The notes under the pieces were generated by a model, which did not search any database, was not told where the DNA came from, and saw only the letters and a list, made by a program, of their open reading frames with translations. A DNA stretch of 64,000 nt, from positions 448,001 to 512,000 of the forward strand of contig CAWDVW010000005.1 of assembly GCA_963805855.1 (NCBI GenBank), given 5' to 3'. This document shows positions 31,462 to 44,700 of the stretch, in pieces. Both the position numbers and the translations under genes were made by a program. Source of the DNA: Candidatus Dadabacteria bacterium (GTDB taxonomy: Bacteria > Desulfobacterota_D > UBA1144 > Nemesobacterales > CSP1-2). Within the stretch, counting starts at the first letter, position 1. Every line of letters begins with the position of its first letter.

Positions 31462-32616
31462 ATGTTAAAGGTTGCAATAGGGCATAGTGATGATGTGGAT
31501 TCGGCAGACGCAATCGAAGCAGTCCTGGAACAATGCCGGGACTCCCTCAATGGGCTATCTGCCCAAGCAGGCTTATTGTTTTCTTCTATTGACCAGGATT
31601 TTCAGTTAATTCTCGACAAAATCAATGAAACCTACCCGGGAATTGAACTAATCGGTTGTTCGACTGACGGTGAATTTTCCTCGGTGCTAGGTTTTGCGGA
31701 AGACTCCATAGCGCTGACATTGTTTCATTCCGATGAGTGCGAATGGAAAGCAGGTGTAGGACGTGATATTTCCAAGGACCCGATTGGAATTGTTGAGCAG
31801 GCGGTGAAATCGGTTATGCCTCAACTTCACCAGGAACCGAAATTGTGTATTGTCACTCCGGAAAGTTTAACAGTCAGTGGTGACTCCATTCTGGAGGGAC
31901 TGCGAAAACAGTTAGGAAAAAACTTCCCCATTATTGGGGGAACAGCCGGAGATCAATTGAGAGTAAAGCAGACCTATCAATTTTATAAGGATCAGGTCTT
32001 GAGCAATGCGGCTCCTTTTTTGCTCTTTTCCGGTCCCCTATTATTGTCTTTTGGTGTGGAAAGCGGATGGAAACCCGTTGGAAAGAAAGGGAAAGTAACC
32101 CGTGTAGAGAACAATATCCTCTATCAAATTGATGAAAAGCCTGCTACGGAGTATTATCAGCACTACCTTAAAATTGAATTGTCAGAAATCGTCCCTGAAT
32201 ATCCTCTTGCAGTGTATGTGGGAGAGACAGAGAACTTTTACTTAAGAAACCCAGTTTATTTTAATAAGGAAGACGGCTCCATCTCTTTTATGGGAGATGT
32301 TCCTCTAAATGCAACGGTGCAAATTACCCACGTCGAACGGGATGGAATCATCAACGCCACGGAAACGTCCGTTGCACAGGCACAAAGAAATTATCCCGGT
32401 TCGAAGCCCGCTCTTGCCATTTGTTTTTCCTGTGCAGGGCGTAAACTGGTGCTCGGTACACGGGCGCATGAGGAGTTTCAAATTTTTCAAAAGAACAACT
32501 TGAATTTAAAGGTTGCAGGCTTTTACGCCTATGGAGAAATTGCTCCGCTTCTGCCCGATACACCCTCCCAGTTTCATAATGAAACCTTTATAAGTTTGTT
32601 AATAGGAGATGAATAA
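31462..32616 (+). CDS. Stand-alone FIST-domain sensory protein (NosP-like)
   Basis: IGCSTDGE, IIGGTAGD, SGWKPVG, FSCAGR, GFYAYGEI, FHNETF. Confidence 0.9.
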   Translation: MLKVAIGHSDDVDSADAIEAVLEQCRDSLNGLSAQAGLLFSSIDQDFQLILDKINETYPGIELIGCSTDGEFSSVLGFAEDSIALTLFHSDECEWKAGVGRDISKDPIGIVEQAVKSVMPQLHQEPKLCIVTPESLTVSGDSILEGLRKQLGKNFPIIGGTAGDQLRVKQTYQFYKDQVLSNAAPFLLFSGPLLLSFGVESGWKPVGKKGKVTRVENNILYQIDEKPATEYYQHYLKIELSEIVPEYPLAVYVGETENFYLRNPVYFNKEDGSISFMGDVPLNATVQITHVERDGIINATETSVAQAQRNYPGSKPALAICFSCAGRKLVLGTRAHEEFQIFQKNNLNLKVAGFYAYGEIAPLLPDTPSQFHNETFISLLIGDE

Positions 32617-32722
32617 AAATGTTACGATTATATGGATATGTGGGAATAGTTTAAAATCTGCCTAAAACTCCCTATCGATTTCAATATCAAAAATTTCTCG
32701 CATTATTGAGGGATATTTAATA

Positions 32723-33550
32723 ATGTCCGAATCGGATGAAACAAAAAAACTGCTTAAACAGATCCGTTCTTTGACAAAGAAATTGAACCGATCTGAAAAT
32801 AATCGGAGTTTCTTAGAACAAATGTGGGACCGCAATTCTAACCTGTTTCAGACCCTAAATACGGAGATTGAAAACCAAAGAACATTAATCCAGCAGCAGC
32901 ATCAGCAACTGGAGAGGGAACGTCAAAAATCTGAAAATCTCCTGCTGAATATTCTCCCCCGATCCATTGCCCAACGCCTCAAAGAAAACCAATCGGTCAT
33001 TGCCGATCATTTCCATTCAACAACCGTATTATTCACCGATATTGTTGGCTTCACGAAGTTATCCGAAAACCTGACTCCCTCGGAATTAGTCCAGTTTCTC
33101 AATCAAATCTTTTCCTCCTTTGATAATTTGGTGGAAAAGTACCAATTGGAAAAAATAAAAACTGTTGGGGATGCCTATATGGTTGCAGGTGGGTTTCCTG
33201 AGCCTCGCCTCGATCACGCCGAAGCGATTGCCGATTTAGCGTTGGAAATGCAGGAATCATTGGCAAAGTTTCATACGGAAAAAAACCAAGCCGTCTCTAT
33301 GAGAACTGGAATTCATACAGGACCAGCTGTTGCTGGTGTTATTGGAATTAAAAAATTTATCTATGATGTTTGGGGCAATACGGTCAATACGGCAAGCCGC
33401 ATGGAATCTCATGGCATTGGCGGACAAATCCAAGTATCTCACGCAACTTACAACGTGCTAAAAGATAAATATATACTCAAGAAACGAGGGATAATTGAAA
33501 TCAAAGGAAAAGGAAGAATGATGACTTATTTTTTGCAAGGGAAAAAATGA
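32723..33550 (+). CDS. Class III adenylate cyclase with N-terminal coiled coil
   Basis: LLLNILP, FTDIVGFT, EKIKTVGDAYM, YDVWGNTVNTASRMES (K/D adenine-specifying pair). Confidence 0.92.
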   Translation: MSESDETKKLLKQIRSLTKKLNRSENNRSFLEQMWDRNSNLFQTLNTEIENQRTLIQQQHQQLERERQKSENLLLNILPRSIAQRLKENQSVIADHFHSTTVLFTDIVGFTKLSENLTPSELVQFLNQIFSSFDNLVEKYQLEKIKTVGDAYMVAGGFPEPRLDHAEAIADLALEMQESLAKFHTEKNQAVSMRTGIHTGPAVAGVIGIKKFIYDVWGNTVNTASRMESHGIGGQIQVSHATYNVLKDKYILKKRGIIEIKGKGRMMTYFLQGKK

Positions 33551-34034
33551 ATAGTATGATACAGGTTAAATCGGGTATTCGAGGGAAACAAAAGATGTAT
33601 TAATTTAATCCTAAGACTTCTCACAATGCAAACTGACTTTTGGCACTTAAATCAATTAAATATCTAAATCGACACTAACATGGCCGGAATAGTTGCAACA
33701 CCACTTTGGTGGAATTGCCAATCCTTTGTCGAGGTATAACATTGACTATGTCACCTTGTATTTTTTCACTATTTCTAAACACAATTTGTTTTGATTGTCA
33801 ACCGCACGGATGGTCCTGCGATGGATAGATAACTTTCTTACATTATTATATTTGTGACGAAGAAATTTCAGATCTGAATGAGTAAATATCACTGGTATTA
33901 TAACCACAACATAACTAGATTTGGGCTTCCGAATCGTCTTGCAACAAGGCTAGTTTAAGTTGGAATTATGAAAATTTAACGCTTAATGGCTATTCCCACG
34001 ACCTCTAGTATTGATTATTTATCAAAGATCTAAC

Positions 34035-34367
34035 TTAACTTATGGACCTATTATAGGAGGGGCAGGCCATAGCTATTAGCTTGCCATCTATCTTGTCTGT
34101 CTTCTTATGTCTCTTAGCGAATGCCTTAAGCTCGTATGTGTTAGCCAAATATACCTTATCGGCATATTGCTCAGCTAAATCTACGAAGAAATACCAATTG
34201 TAGGTGGATTCCACTGCGAGTATAAACGGCTTAGGTATCTGTTCAAAGTAGCCCTCTAATTCCTCTTCAGTATTTGTTACATTTCTACTATCCAGTTTTC
34301 TGCACCTTGAATCTACTACGTAAAATAATGATGTTTTTTTGTGTAGATCTACTCCGACATAGTTCAT
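34035..34367 (-). mobile_element. IS110-family transposase, truncated (DEDD domain only)
   Basis: YVGVDLHK, AVEST, KTDKIDG; ends after 110 aa. Confidence 0.85.
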
Positions 34368-34454
34368 GGTGATTCCTCCCCCTGTTTTGGATTAAGTTTT
34401 CCCACTTTAATCCAAGTCTAACAGATTACGAGGAGTCACCTCTCATACTATCAC
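34368..34454 (-). mobile_element. Structured non-coding end of the IS110 remnant
   Basis: GGTGATTCCTC/GAGGAGTCACC stem enclosing the RBS, inner TTGGATTAA/TTAATCCAA stem, -10-like TGATAGTAT at the distal end (minus strand). Confidence 0.55.
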
Positions 34455-34578
34455 GTCCCCTTTAATCGAAAATAGGGCATCATCTCCTTGAGAACTCTCG
34501 GGTCGATTGGTGTAGTAGCGTTATAATCTAAATATATATTCGTCATCTAATTATCCGTTTGCTTGTCTGGTTTCGCGG

Positions 34579-35478
34579 TCATTTTGATTCGACAAGAGAT
34601 TCATATTCTTTGCTTACTATAGAGATAAACTCCGTTGCGAGTTTTGACAGTTTCCTATCTTTATGCCATGCCGCGACTACCGTTCTCAAAGGAGACTGCC
34701 CCTTAATCTCTCTATACTCACAGCTATTTGAAGCGTCTTTCACTACAAGCATCTTTGGGACAAGAGAGATTCCGTTACCGAAAGACACGCATTGCTGTAT
34801 AGTCGATAAATTCCAGGTGCGGCATATTATTTCAGGATTAATTTGTTTTTCATAACAGAAACTCTTAACCTGCTCCCCTAAGCAATGCTCCTCATCCAAA
34901 GCTATAAATGGAACGCTTTTAAGGTCTTCTATCCTTATGTTTTTTGATTTTGATAGAGGATGCCCGGGAGGGAGCGCCAGAACCAAAGGGTCATCAAAAA
35001 GTACTTTAGTCTGAATAAGAGGGTCGTCAATCGGAAGACTCATTATAGCTAGGTCTATATCCAGATTAATGATTCCCTTTATCAGCCTCTCCGTTAGATT
35101 TTCATTTATTTTTATTCGGGAAATAGGAAAATTTCTGTGATATCTATCCAAAGAACCGGGCAGCAAATATGGGGCAATTGTGGGTATCAGTCCTACCGAG
35201 AGAGTTCCCGAGCCAGAATTCACATCCTCTAATATTGCAGACTTAATACTCGCCGCTTCTTTAAGAATGAGCTTAGCTCTAGGCAGCAGTGCCTTTCCGG
35301 CCTCGGTTAACACAATTTTTCTGCTCAGTCTCTCAAAAAGCTCCTGTCCAAGTTCGTGCTCAAGTTTAATGACCTGCTGACTGAGCGAAGGCTGCGCAAC
35401 ATAACACCTCTTTGCAGCTTTACTAAACCCGCCTGTTTCAGCAACAGCAACGAAATATCTCAACTGGTGAAGTTCCAT
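34579..35478 (-). CDS. oxyR: OxyR-like LysR-family hydrogen peroxide sensor
   Basis: LysR HTH; GLIPTIAPYLLP; DEEHCLGEQVKSFC with both redox Cys; divergent from katG. Confidence 0.82.
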   Translation of the reverse strand: MELHQLRYFVAVAETGGFSKAAKRCYVAQPSLSQQVIKLEHELGQELFERLSRKIVLTEAGKALLPRAKLILKEAASIKSAILEDVNSGSGTLSVGLIPTIAPYLLPGSLDRYHRNFPISRIKINENLTERLIKGIINLDIDLAIMSLPIDDPLIQTKVLFDDPLVLALPPGHPLSKSKNIRIEDLKSVPFIALDEEHCLGEQVKSFCYEKQINPEIICRTWNLSTIQQCVSFGNGISLVPKMLVVKDASNSCEYREIKGQSPLRTVVAAWHKDRKLSKLATEFISIVSKEYESLVESK

Positions 35479-35495
35479 AATGCTGACCCTAAACT

Positions 35496-37848
<2,353 letters not shown>

Positions 37849-37857
37849 CTTCAGTGC

Positions 37858-37885
37858 TGGCTGGCCGAAAGGCCAACCATTTTCT
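37858..37885 (+). terminator. Intrinsic terminator after katG
   Basis: TGGCTGGCC-GAAA-GGCCAACCA followed by TTTTCT. Confidence 0.6.
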
Positions 37886-37917
37886 GTTGCTGGGCTCGGC
37901 AATACTTGATGTGATAG

Positions 37918-38163
37918 ATATTTTGTAACTGCCGAGCCGACTTTGGTCACACGGCCGACGATTTCGTGGCCGGGGACCATCGGGTAGACAGCGGGCAAAA
38001 GATTCTTCCACTCGTTACGCACCTCGTCGAGGTCGGAGTGGCAGATGCCGCAGAAGAGTATTTCGAACTGAACGTCGCGTTCAGTTGGATCACGCCGCGG
38101 GATCGTGGTGGGAACTAACGGCGATGTCTCACTGGCAGCGGAATATGCTTTTGTATGATACAT
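37918..38163 (-). pseudogene. 5' fragment of a Zn-dependent (cinnamyl-type) alcohol dehydrogenase
   Basis: [28 protein letters not shown]; homology stops after ~82 aa. Confidence 0.82.
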
Positions 38164-38229
38164 GGATTTATCCTCCTATTGATTTCATTCTTGGTATTGC
38201 TCGTCGGTTACCTTCTCCATCCAGTCGAC

Positions 38230-38423
38230 GGCCTTGCCGCCTAGTCCATGGAGATAAAGAGAGCGCCCTACGAGTGGCTCAAGTTTTATGGGCGGGCGTG
38301 CATGGTACTTGTTCGCTCGGGCTGACGCAGAGACTGGGGCAAGATGGTACGGAACTGTTAAAATCCATGTCTGACTCTCTGATCGAGAATTACATGAGGG
38401 GTCTGAGTCAAGGTAAGGAATGA
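38230..38423 (+). pseudogene. 3' fragment of a TetR-family regulator (WHG-type C-domain)
   Basis: AQVLWAGVHGTCSL; no HTH upstream. Confidence 0.55.
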
Positions 38424-38769
38424 TAATGAAGCGTTGTCGCAGTTACTTATATTTCAAGTTATTCTTTTGCCAATCAACTGAGTAAGCTTTCACTAGTTCC
38501 ACACACCAATTAGTTTGATTGTAGACCGCACGGATGTCCGTGTCGTTATTAATCATCAAATTTAAATCCTAAAAACAGGGGACAGACGTCCCTAATCTCG
38601 ATGCCAAACAACGAAAAGATTAATTAAATCAATAGAGATCTGATATTTAAATCTTCTCAGGGATGAAATTCAATATCTTTGGTGGGGTTGCATCTATGAT
38701 GAACAACCATGAACTTGGTGAGAAAACCGCAACTATTTTCTTGAACAAAAACTAATTAGAATAAAACAC

Positions 38770-39921
38770 ATGGCAATTTCAGAGCATATCAATTTCTTAA
38801 TCGTTGGGGCGGGGCCATTCGGATTATCAATGGCTGCCTATGCTGAATATCAAAAACTAGATCATTTGGTTATCGGTAAACCTATGAGCTTCTGGAAGGA
38901 GAACATGCCGAAGGGCATGTTTCTGAGATCAGGTCGTGAGTGGCATCTATGCCCGGAAGGGATTTATACAATCGATAAATATTTGGAAACTAAACAGTTA
39001 AAGCCGGAGAACGTAGAGCCACTCTCCTTAGATTTCTACCTGAGCTACACTGAGTGGTTCCAGGAACAGACCAAAGTCCAGATTCAGGAGTCTTTGGTTC
39101 AGCGCCTCGATCATTCAAATAATCAATTTGTGGCAACGCTAGACGATGGCCAAACCATCACGGCAAGCAATGTATTACTTGCGCTAGGGTTTAGATATTT
39201 CAAAAATGTACCAACCGAATTGGCAGAAATCATCCCTCCAGAGCGCTTTTCTCATACATGCGATTTAGTGAATTTTGATTCCCTAAAGGATAAAAAATGT
39301 TTGATCATAGGAGGTCGACAGAGTGCTTATGAATGGGCTGCGTTGATAAACGAAAACGGAGCAGCGGCGATTCACGTTTCGCACAGACATGAAACCCCTC
39401 AATTTGCCAAGTCCGATTGGGCATGGGTTGGTCCCATGATGGATACTATGACTAAAAATCTGGATTGGTTTCGCAATTTGCCGAAACGGAAGCGGGAAGA
39501 AATTCAGAGGAGATTTTGGGCCGAAGGAAGGTTAAAGCTGGAACCATGGCTTTGGCCGAGAATCAACAAAGAAAATATTAAAATTTGGCCGTCCTCTCGG
39601 GTTGTAGCCTGCAAAGAACTCCCAACCGGCGAACTTGAGGTGAAATTAGATATCGGAGAAAGACTCACTGTAGACCACATCATCTTGGCCACCGGCTATA
39701 AAGTAAACATGGAAAACGTGCCTTTTCTTACAGCGGGAAACGTCCTTTCGAAGCTGAAAATCCAGGAAGGCTACCCTGTTTTAGATGAAAACTTTCAAAG
39801 CAATATACCCGGACTATTTATCACGAGCATGGCTGCTACAAGGGATTTTGGAAATTTTTTTGCATTTACTGTAAGTGCAGTTGCATCTGCGCGAATTATC
39901 GGAAAAGCAATCAAGAACTAA
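38770..39921 (+). CDS. FAD/NAD(P)-binding oxidoreductase (flavoprotein monooxygenase-like)
   Basis: GAGPFG, MPKGMFLRS, GGRQSA, ATGY. Confidence 0.85.
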   Translation: MAISEHINFLIVGAGPFGLSMAAYAEYQKLDHLVIGKPMSFWKENMPKGMFLRSGREWHLCPEGIYTIDKYLETKQLKPENVEPLSLDFYLSYTEWFQEQTKVQIQESLVQRLDHSNNQFVATLDDGQTITASNVLLALGFRYFKNVPTELAEIIPPERFSHTCDLVNFDSLKDKKCLIIGGRQSAYEWAALINENGAAAIHVSHRHETPQFAKSDWAWVGPMMDTMTKNLDWFRNLPKRKREEIQRRFWAEGRLKLEPWLWPRINKENIKIWPSSRVVACKELPTGELEVKLDIGERLTVDHIILATGYKVNMENVPFLTAGNVLSKLKIQEGYPVLDENFQSNIPGLFITSMAATRDFGNFFAFTVSAVASARIIGKAIKN

Positions 39922-40103
39922 ACTCAAAGTACCTCCGAGAGGTGGAAAATTATATTGAAAGATTTGATGCAGTCTCAGTAATAATTAGTGCAATCTTAAT
40001 AATGATCAGGTATAAAATATAATATAGGACTAACAATCTACCCTTCTCGTCCATATAAATCTCAAATTTTTAATTTAGAAGGGAAGAAAATGGAGGTATA
40101 AAA

Positions 40104-40634
40104 ATGGCTCGAGTTAAATACGTTGAACAAAGCGATACGGACAATCCCATAATTAAGGATGCTTATGAGCGGATGATAAAAAAAAGAGGAAAGGTGACAA
40201 ACATCTATAAAGCCCTTGCACACAAGCCCTCAATCCTATCTACTATCGGGCCATTTGTCGCCGCAGTTCAGCAGCCGGATGAGATAGATGCAAAGCTTAA
40301 AGAGAGAATCATCCTCAGAGTCTCGAAGATCAACCGCTCAAGGTATTGCTGTCACGCACATGAGCAAATCAGTGCCAAAATGGGATTTACCGGCGATGAG
40401 ATCACTGAGATGGATAATCCCGATTCGGCAAATATTTCAGACGCCGAAAAGGCAGCCCTAAAATATGCTGAAGCCCTAACAGTAAACCCGGGCAATATTA
40501 GTGAGCAGGTATACGAAGATCTAAAGAAATATTACAGCGAGTCACAGATCGTAGAAATAACCGCAATCGCTGCTCTGTATAATATGATAAATCGCTTCAA
40601 TGAAGCACTGAAGCTTGACCCTGAGGAATACTGA
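40104..40634 (+). CDS. AhpD/carboxymuconolactone decarboxylase family protein
   Basis: LKERIILRVS, NRSRYCCHAH, EKAALKYAEALT, NMINRF. Confidence 0.85.
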   Translation: MARVKYVEQSDTDNPIIKDAYERMIKKRGKVTNIYKALAHKPSILSTIGPFVAAVQQPDEIDAKLKERIILRVSKINRSRYCCHAHEQISAKMGFTGDEITEMDNPDSANISDAEKAALKYAEALTVNPGNISEQVYEDLKKYYSESQIVEITAIAALYNMINRFNEALKLDPEEY

Positions 40635-40664
40635 TAAAATTGACCTAAGGGGAAAGAACTTACG

Positions 40665-41501
40665 ATGAGTCAGATTTCCGGAGAGAAAATGGAGACGAAA
40701 AAGGGATTGGACTATTCTGTACTGCATAAGTTAGACAGCCCGGCTAATCAATTGATCAGAAAAAGTATCTTCGGAGATCAAGACATCGGTCAGCAGTCAT
40801 TTATCACCCCCAGATATCTAGATGAACTAATACACGAGACAGGAATAGGTGCCGAAACTTACGCACTGGATATTGGGAGCGGAGTAGGAGGCCCTGCCGT
40901 TTACATGGCAAATAAAACCAGATGCCGTTTAACAGGAATAGATGTTTCAGATGTCGGAGTAGAAACAGCCAATAAACTCGCTGGCGGCGCCGGACTGAGT
41001 GAACGAGTAAATTTCGTCTTAGGCGATGCCATGGATATGCCGTTTCCGGATAACAGTTTCGATATAGCGATCAGCATTAATGTAATGAATGTGTTTAAAG
41101 ACAAAGAAGGTCTATTTCAACATGTATTGCGAGTATTAAAACCGAAAGGATTATTCGCTTTCTTAAGCGGCACCTTTGATATGCCTGATGACCCAAAGAC
41201 TATCGAGGATATGGCGCATGGCTATCTTATCCCCCAGTATTATGACACAGTAGATGGTTATAAATCTAAACTAAAGCGACCAGGATTCATGATACTCAAG
41301 GTGATTGAATACGTTTGGGATTTCAGGATTCAAAACAAGCTGTGGGGTGACGCCTATAAGAAGCACTACGATGCTATCGTTAAGGAGCAGGGTAAAGAAA
41401 ACACAGACTTACACATAATATATTTTGACACCTACCTGAGGCTTATCGATGAGGGTCGTGCAGGAAATTACCTATTTATTTCACAAAAGCCCGGTAGCTG
41501 A
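40665..41501 (+). CDS. Class I SAM-dependent methyltransferase
   Basis: LDIGSGVGG, GDAMDMPFPDNSFD, RVLKPKG; start may be 40689. Confidence 0.88.
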   Translation: MSQISGEKMETKKGLDYSVLHKLDSPANQLIRKSIFGDQDIGQQSFITPRYLDELIHETGIGAETYALDIGSGVGGPAVYMANKTRCRLTGIDVSDVGVETANKLAGGAGLSERVNFVLGDAMDMPFPDNSFDIAISINVMNVFKDKEGLFQHVLRVLKPKGLFAFLSGTFDMPDDPKTIEDMAHGYLIPQYYDTVDGYKSKLKRPGFMILKVIEYVWDFRIQNKLWGDAYKKHYDAIVKEQGKENTDLHIIYFDTYLRLIDEGRAGNYLFISQKPGS

Positions 41502-41797
41502 ATCATAAGCAAATATCTTTATGAGTGGATTTGTAACACCCTCCCTCCCAGGCACTACACAAGTCTTTGAAAACGTCCAATCATAATTCCTGATCGAGCG
41601 ACGTAGGAACTGGTTCTCACGATAGTCCGGGAACCCTTTTTCTTGTGCGAAACAACCGACTGCATCATTTGACATTGAGATTTGTAATATCTTAAAATCA
41701 TAGATAGGGCAAATGCATAGTGGGTCAATTATGATTTAAGAAAAAATAATGATCTAGGCCCACATTCATTTCCACTAATGAAATTCTGAATTCTATC

Positions 41798-44700
41798 ATG
41801 CTTTGTATTAATTGCGGTTTTGAAAATCCATCGGGGTTCAAGTTCTGCGGTGAATGCGGAACTCCTATCGCAAAGGATTCTCAGGAATTAAAACCTCACA
41901 AAAAACATAAAGATGAGGCCGAACGTCGGCAGTTAACGGTGATGTTTTGTGATTTAGTTGGGTCGACGTATCTTTCACAGCAACTTGATCCCGAAGAACT
42001 ACGCGATGTAATTAAAGAATATCAAGGCGCATGCGCAGAGGTAATAAGCCACTTTGATGGTCATCTGGCAAAGTATCTTGGAGATGGAATTCTAGTTTAC
42101 TTTGGCTATCCACGGGCGCATGAAGATGATGCCAATAGAGCTGTGAGAGCCGGATTAGAAATTGTAGGGGTAATACATGAATTGCCCCTACATAATACGC
42201 AGCTACAACAAGCCCTCCAGGTACGAATCGGGATCCACACAGGTCTTGTAGTGGCAGGGGAGATGGGAGGAGGAAAAAGGCGCGAGCCCATGGCAATTGT
42301 TGGGGAAACGCCTAATGTCGCTGCAAGGCTTCAAGGATTAGCGGAGCCGAATACGGTGGTAATAAGCGGAGCAACTCATAAGCTAGTAGAGGGATTTTTC
42401 GAGCACAAGAATTTAGGGATGCACGCGTTGAAGGGGATTTCGACCCCAATGGAAGTCTATCAAGTGCTTCAAGAGAGTGGAGTTTACAGCCGATTCGAAG
42501 CGGCTGTTACAAAAGGGCTTACGCCTCTTGTAGGGAGGGAGCAAGAGGTTGGGATTTTGCTTGACCGCTGGCAACAGGCAAAGGAAGGAAGGGGACAGGT
42601 CGTTTTGATTGGCGGTGAAGCTGGTATCGGTAAATCACGCCTTGTTCAGATGATGAAAGAGAGCCTAGCGGGAGAGTCACATGCAAGAATTGAAGTCCGC
42701 TGCTCACCCTTTTACCAAAACAGTGCCTTGTATCCCTTGATCGACAATTTACAGCGAGTACTCCAGTTTAGTAGGGAAGATTCATCTGAGGAGAAGCTGG
42801 GCAAGCTCGAGAAAACTCTGGAGCAGTATGATTTTCCCCTTCGAGAGGTGTTCCCTCTTTTTGCCTCCTTACTTTCTCTGCCACTCCCCGATTATTATCC
42901 ACCTCTTAATCTAACTCCTCAGAAGCAGAAGCAGAAGACTCTGGAAGCGTTTCTTGCTTGGATGCTGAAAGAGGCGGAGAGAGATCCGATGCTGAGTGTA
43001 GTGGAAGACCTGCACTGGGTAGACTCCTCAACGCTTGAGTACCTAAGTCTCCTTGTGGAGCGAGTGCCCTCCTCACGCATCTTTGCTCTGTTTACCTTCC
43101 ACCCGAATTTTAGCCCCCCCTGGCCCATACGTTCGCACATGACCCAGATTATGCTAAATCGCTTCACTCGAAAGCAGGCCGAGGTGATGGTCGAGAGGGG
43201 CACGGGAGGGAAGGCTTTTCCCGCCGAAGTGATTCAGCAGATAGTGAACAAAACCGATGGGGTACCGCTTTTTGTGGAAGAGCTAACCAAGATGGTGCTG
43301 GAGTCGGGATTGCTAAGTGAGCGAGAGAGCTATTATGAACTCACAGGTCCGTTACCCTCACTTGCGATTCCAACGACACTCCAGGATTCGCTCATGGCGC
43401 GACTTGATAGGCTAGCTACGGCCAAAGAGGTAGCCCAACTAGGAGCTACTTTAGGACGGGAGTTCACTTACGAGTTACTCCAGACTGTCTCCCCCCTTGA
43501 TGAGACAACCCTGCAGAGAGAGCTAGGCAAGTTAGTGAAAGCCGAGCTTCTCTACCAAAGGGGTCCCCTGCCACAGGCTAAATACTTTTTCAAACATTCC
43601 CTGATTCAGCAGGCAGCTTATCAGTCACTTCTAAAGAGCAAGAGGCAGCACTATCATCAAATTATTGCGCAGGTCTTGGAGGAGAAATTTCCAGAGACTG
43701 TTGAGACACAGCCTGAGTTTCTAGCCTACCACTACACCGAGGCAGGTTCAAGAGAACAGGCCATTCCGTACTGGCAGAAGGCAGGGCAGAGAGCCATCGA
43801 GCGCTCGGCCAATTTAGAAGCAATCGGCCACCTAACCAAAGGACTGGAGCTACTCAAGAATATGCCGGAAACACCAGAGCACACCCAGCAAGAACTTACG
43901 CTGCAAATTGCCCTGGGCGTGCCCCTGATAGCTACCAAGGGTGGTTCATCCCCAGAGGTAGAAAAAGTCTACACTCGGGCGAGGGAGTTATGTAAGAAGG
44001 TGGGTGAAACCCCTCAGCTTTTTCCGGTTCTGTTTGGATTGTGGAGGGTTTATATTGGGCGAGCTGAATTACAAACGGCCCGGAACCTGGGAGAAGAACT
44101 CCTTTCATTGGCTCAGAGCGTAAAAGACCCAGCTCTTTTCCTTCAAGCCCACCACGCCCTTTGGACCACTTTATCTTACCTCGGAGATTTAAGCCTGGCT
44201 CGAAAGCATTTGGAGCAGGGAATTGCCCTCTACCATCCCCAGCAGTACAAATCTCATGCTTTTATTTACGGCGGACACGATCCCGGAGTATGCTGCAGGT
44301 CGTATCTAGCGTGGGTTTTGTGGTTGTTGGGTTATCCAGAGCAGGCTCTTAAGAAAAGCCAAGAGGCTCTCAAGCTGGCCCAGGATCTGTCTCACCCCAA
44401 TAGCCTAGCCATTGCACTTGACTCTGCTGCCATAGTCCATCAGCTCTGTCGAGAGGAACAAGCAGTCCGAGAGCAGGCGGAGGCAATAATTGCTCTTTCT
44501 TTGGAGCAGGAATTTAGATTTTCGTTAGCACTAGGGACTATCATGCGAGGCTGGGCGCTGGCCGAGTTAGGGCAAAGGGAAGAGGGCATTACACAGATGC
44601 GCCAGGGTATGGCCGCCTTTCGGGGCACCGGATCAGAACTTGGACTCTCTTATACTCTCTCACTCCTAGGCGAGGTATTTGGAAAAGGGGGACAGACCGA

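Noticed and set aside
33681-33697. sigma54-like TGGCCGG...TTGCA
   Set aside because: Spacing 1 bp too long and no downstream plus-strand gene
41481-41675. 64-aa minus-strand ORF between methyltransferase and cyclase
   Set aside because: No recognisable motif or clear RBS; may be debris
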